A DNA stretch of 64,000 nucleotides from Psammoneis japonica (taxonomy: Eukaryota), in contig QPGO01000045.1 of assembly GCA_008632985.1 (NCBI GenBank), positions 62,001 to 126,000 on the forward strand, read 5' to 3'. Under the pieces are notes generated by a model. It did no database searches. It saw nothing but the letters and a program-made list of their open reading frames with translations, and had not been told where the DNA came from. Of this stretch, positions 61,950 to 64,000 are shown piece by piece (the first letter of the stretch is position 1; every line of letters starts with the position of its first letter). The position numbers were made by a program, and so were the translations under genes.

Positions 61950-63100
61950 CTCTCTTGTGCACCTGAAGTGAAGAAGGAACTCATTCAATGCCAATGACAT
62001 GCCCTTTGTTTTCTTGTCATCAAACTTCTTCCTAAGACAAAGCCCCTTTCTTGTTGCAACTCTGGACAAAACCACATGAACCCAGTTGTCTCTGCAGTCA
62101 AAGTTGTCAACAAAACCAGGCTCTCAATTGTCGTGCCCTGGAGCTTGTGTGCAGCTGTTGTGTTGTTGCACAAAACTGGGAACTGGGTCATCTGAATCCT
62201 CTGACTGATTCTTGGAGTTTTTTTGTCAATGAAACCCATGACAGGAGCAGGAAAGTTGATGATGCATGACTCTCTCCTTTTGGCCACAAGAAACAGACCC
62301 CCCATGCCTTCTTCTCATGCCTCAAGACAATGGGGGCTCAACTTGTGAAACACAGGCTGACCTCACCCAGCAACCAACAATCCTCATCAACTCCAAATTT
62401 TTCAAAGAAATTCAAAGAAACACCTTCCTTCTTCAGCTCAACTCCATCAAAAAAGCCAACAGTGCAATTGGCCTCCTTTTCTCAACATCTTGGCCATGGC
62501 AGAGCTTGAGAAGTGGGCTCACATGTCTGGTTTCATTGCCAGCTTGCTTGATGTGGGCATCTGGACAGACTGCAAACAAAATGTCCTTGGACAGCTCATC
62601 TTGAAAATCCACATGCTTGTGCCTTGTGTTCAACTTTTTCCACTTGAGGTTGCTTGTTCCTTGGGTGACAATGGCGCAGGTTGGAGGAGGCTGTGCAAGA
62701 GTTTTTGAGTGTGTTCCCTCTGGCACCTTCTTAAAAATGCCATCATTGGCAGCATTCCTGTCAAGATCAGTGGCAACAGCATGGGTTGCATTGCTTGGGA
62801 TGTTGCTTTCCTTTGGCCCAGTGTCACCAGGCCTGCTTCCAAACATTGCTTGGTCTTGCTGATGGTGCTTTTGATGATGTGCCACTGCAAGCTGCACTTG
62901 GCATTGCAGAGGGAAATGTCGAGGGCTCCACCAAAGATGGTTTCATCAGATGGCTTTGCTTCAATGGATGGCTTCCCCTTTTGTTCCAACTCTGGTCATT
63001 GTCTCATTTGCCGCTCTCCTCTGTTTGGACTTTCCATTGTGCAAATTCTGAGTGCATTCTTCACAGAAAGCATTTCTTGATGGTGAGTCCTCCCATGGTG
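61950..63100 (-). mobile_element. Degenerate PIF1-type helicase, probably Helitron-like
   Basis: 'MTQFPVLCNN..AHKLQGTT' and 'VLSRVATRKGL' (PIF1 motifs V/VI), with 'IFGG' upstream. The sequence is hypermutated. Confidence 0.7.
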
Positions 63101-63559
63101 ATCCCTCATCCCCGATGACGACGGTGCCATGAATGTCACCACACTCAATTCAAATGGCCTGCAAGACAACCTCAAGCTTTGCTTGAGGAGGGAAAGACAA
63201 AAACAAAGCATGTTTGTCAGAGAGAGATGGAGACAGGGAGAATTTGACAAGAGAAGCATGGACAAATGCAACAGCAGCACAAGGAAATTGGCTCAACAGG
63301 TGGAAAGGACAATGGTTTTTTGGGTCGATTTCAAACTCAACACCAAATCTGAGCTGTGATTTGTCATTTGACACCTGACAGAGCATCGAGCATCTCCCAA
63401 CGTCACTCTACAAACAGAAGCGACACACGAGATGTGCGATGAGGACATCAAAAAATGCAACAACAAAAAGAAATGAGTGGCACAAGACCAACACTCGCTG
63501 CTTGCAAGCCAACATCCAAACAACAAAAAAAAAACAGCAACCAGAAACTGACGGCTTTG

Positions 63560-63940
63560 CTGAGTTGGTGTTCCCCAAGCAAGTGTGCATTTTGGTCTGA
63601 CCAAATTGGCATTTTGGTCAAACCAAAATGCTTTTGCTGACCAAATTGCCAGACTGACCAAATCAATTTGGTTGACCAAATTGACATTTGCAAAATCTTG
63701 AGCAAATTCATTTTCATGCACATTTCCACACAAACAATGCTGATGCAGCTTCTAAAAAATTTGCGCAGCATTTTGACATGCGCATTTTCCAAGGAAGATT
63801 TCCACCAAAAGCACACCAGATTCTGCCAACCAAAATGACATTTTCAGGAAGCAAAATCATTTTGGTTGAGAGCATCAATTTCATCAACAAATTTGCACCG
63901 ACCAAAATGGCAATTTGGGCAGACCAAAGTGCACATTCAG
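63560..63940. repeat. Array of short GACCAAA(A/T)T / (A/T)TTTGGT motifs in both orientations
   Basis: Roughly ten copies are visible between 63590 and 63930. Confidence 0.7.
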
Positions 63941-64000
63941 GAAACACCACCTGAGCACCATTGATTCTTTCCAAGTCCCTCTTCACATCACTCAGTTTTC

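Overview
Eukaryotic genomic DNA, most likely from a pennate diatom. This is an inference from gene content, short GT-AG introns, an 'AF'-type bipartite plastid signal and diatom-style LTR elements. The window alternates sharply between two kinds of sequence. (i) Gene islands of normal composition: MRG15/EAF3, MOCS2B, PP4 catalytic subunit, QTRT1, a SASA/CE6-type esterase, a bestrophin, an FAD monooxygenase, an OTU protease, a RanBP2 zinc-finger protein, a SulP/STAS/cNMP transporter, a USP32-like deubiquitinase, an RNI-like LRR protein and a hexokinase. (ii) Blocks covering about half the window (~1-3190, ~10300-12700, ~19720-21410, ~23860-25640, ~26970-40300, ~53290-56610, ~59050-64000) holding dead Gypsy, Copia, Helitron-like and XPG-bearing elements plus gene fragments. 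In these blocks both CpG and TpA are almost erased and replaced by TpG/CpA. An internal gene/pseudogene pair, the two LTRs of one element and a tandem duplication show the substitutions directly: CG->TG/CA and, unexpectedly, TA->TG/CA (A-to-G at TpA). One 618-bp tract has lost every TpA but kept about 33 CpG, so the TpA process appears separable from ordinary methyl-CpG decay. The main candidate for an undescribed system is a region-targeted A-to-G hypermutation process acting on transposons, with polarity opposite to fungal RIP. All counts are hand counts and approximate.
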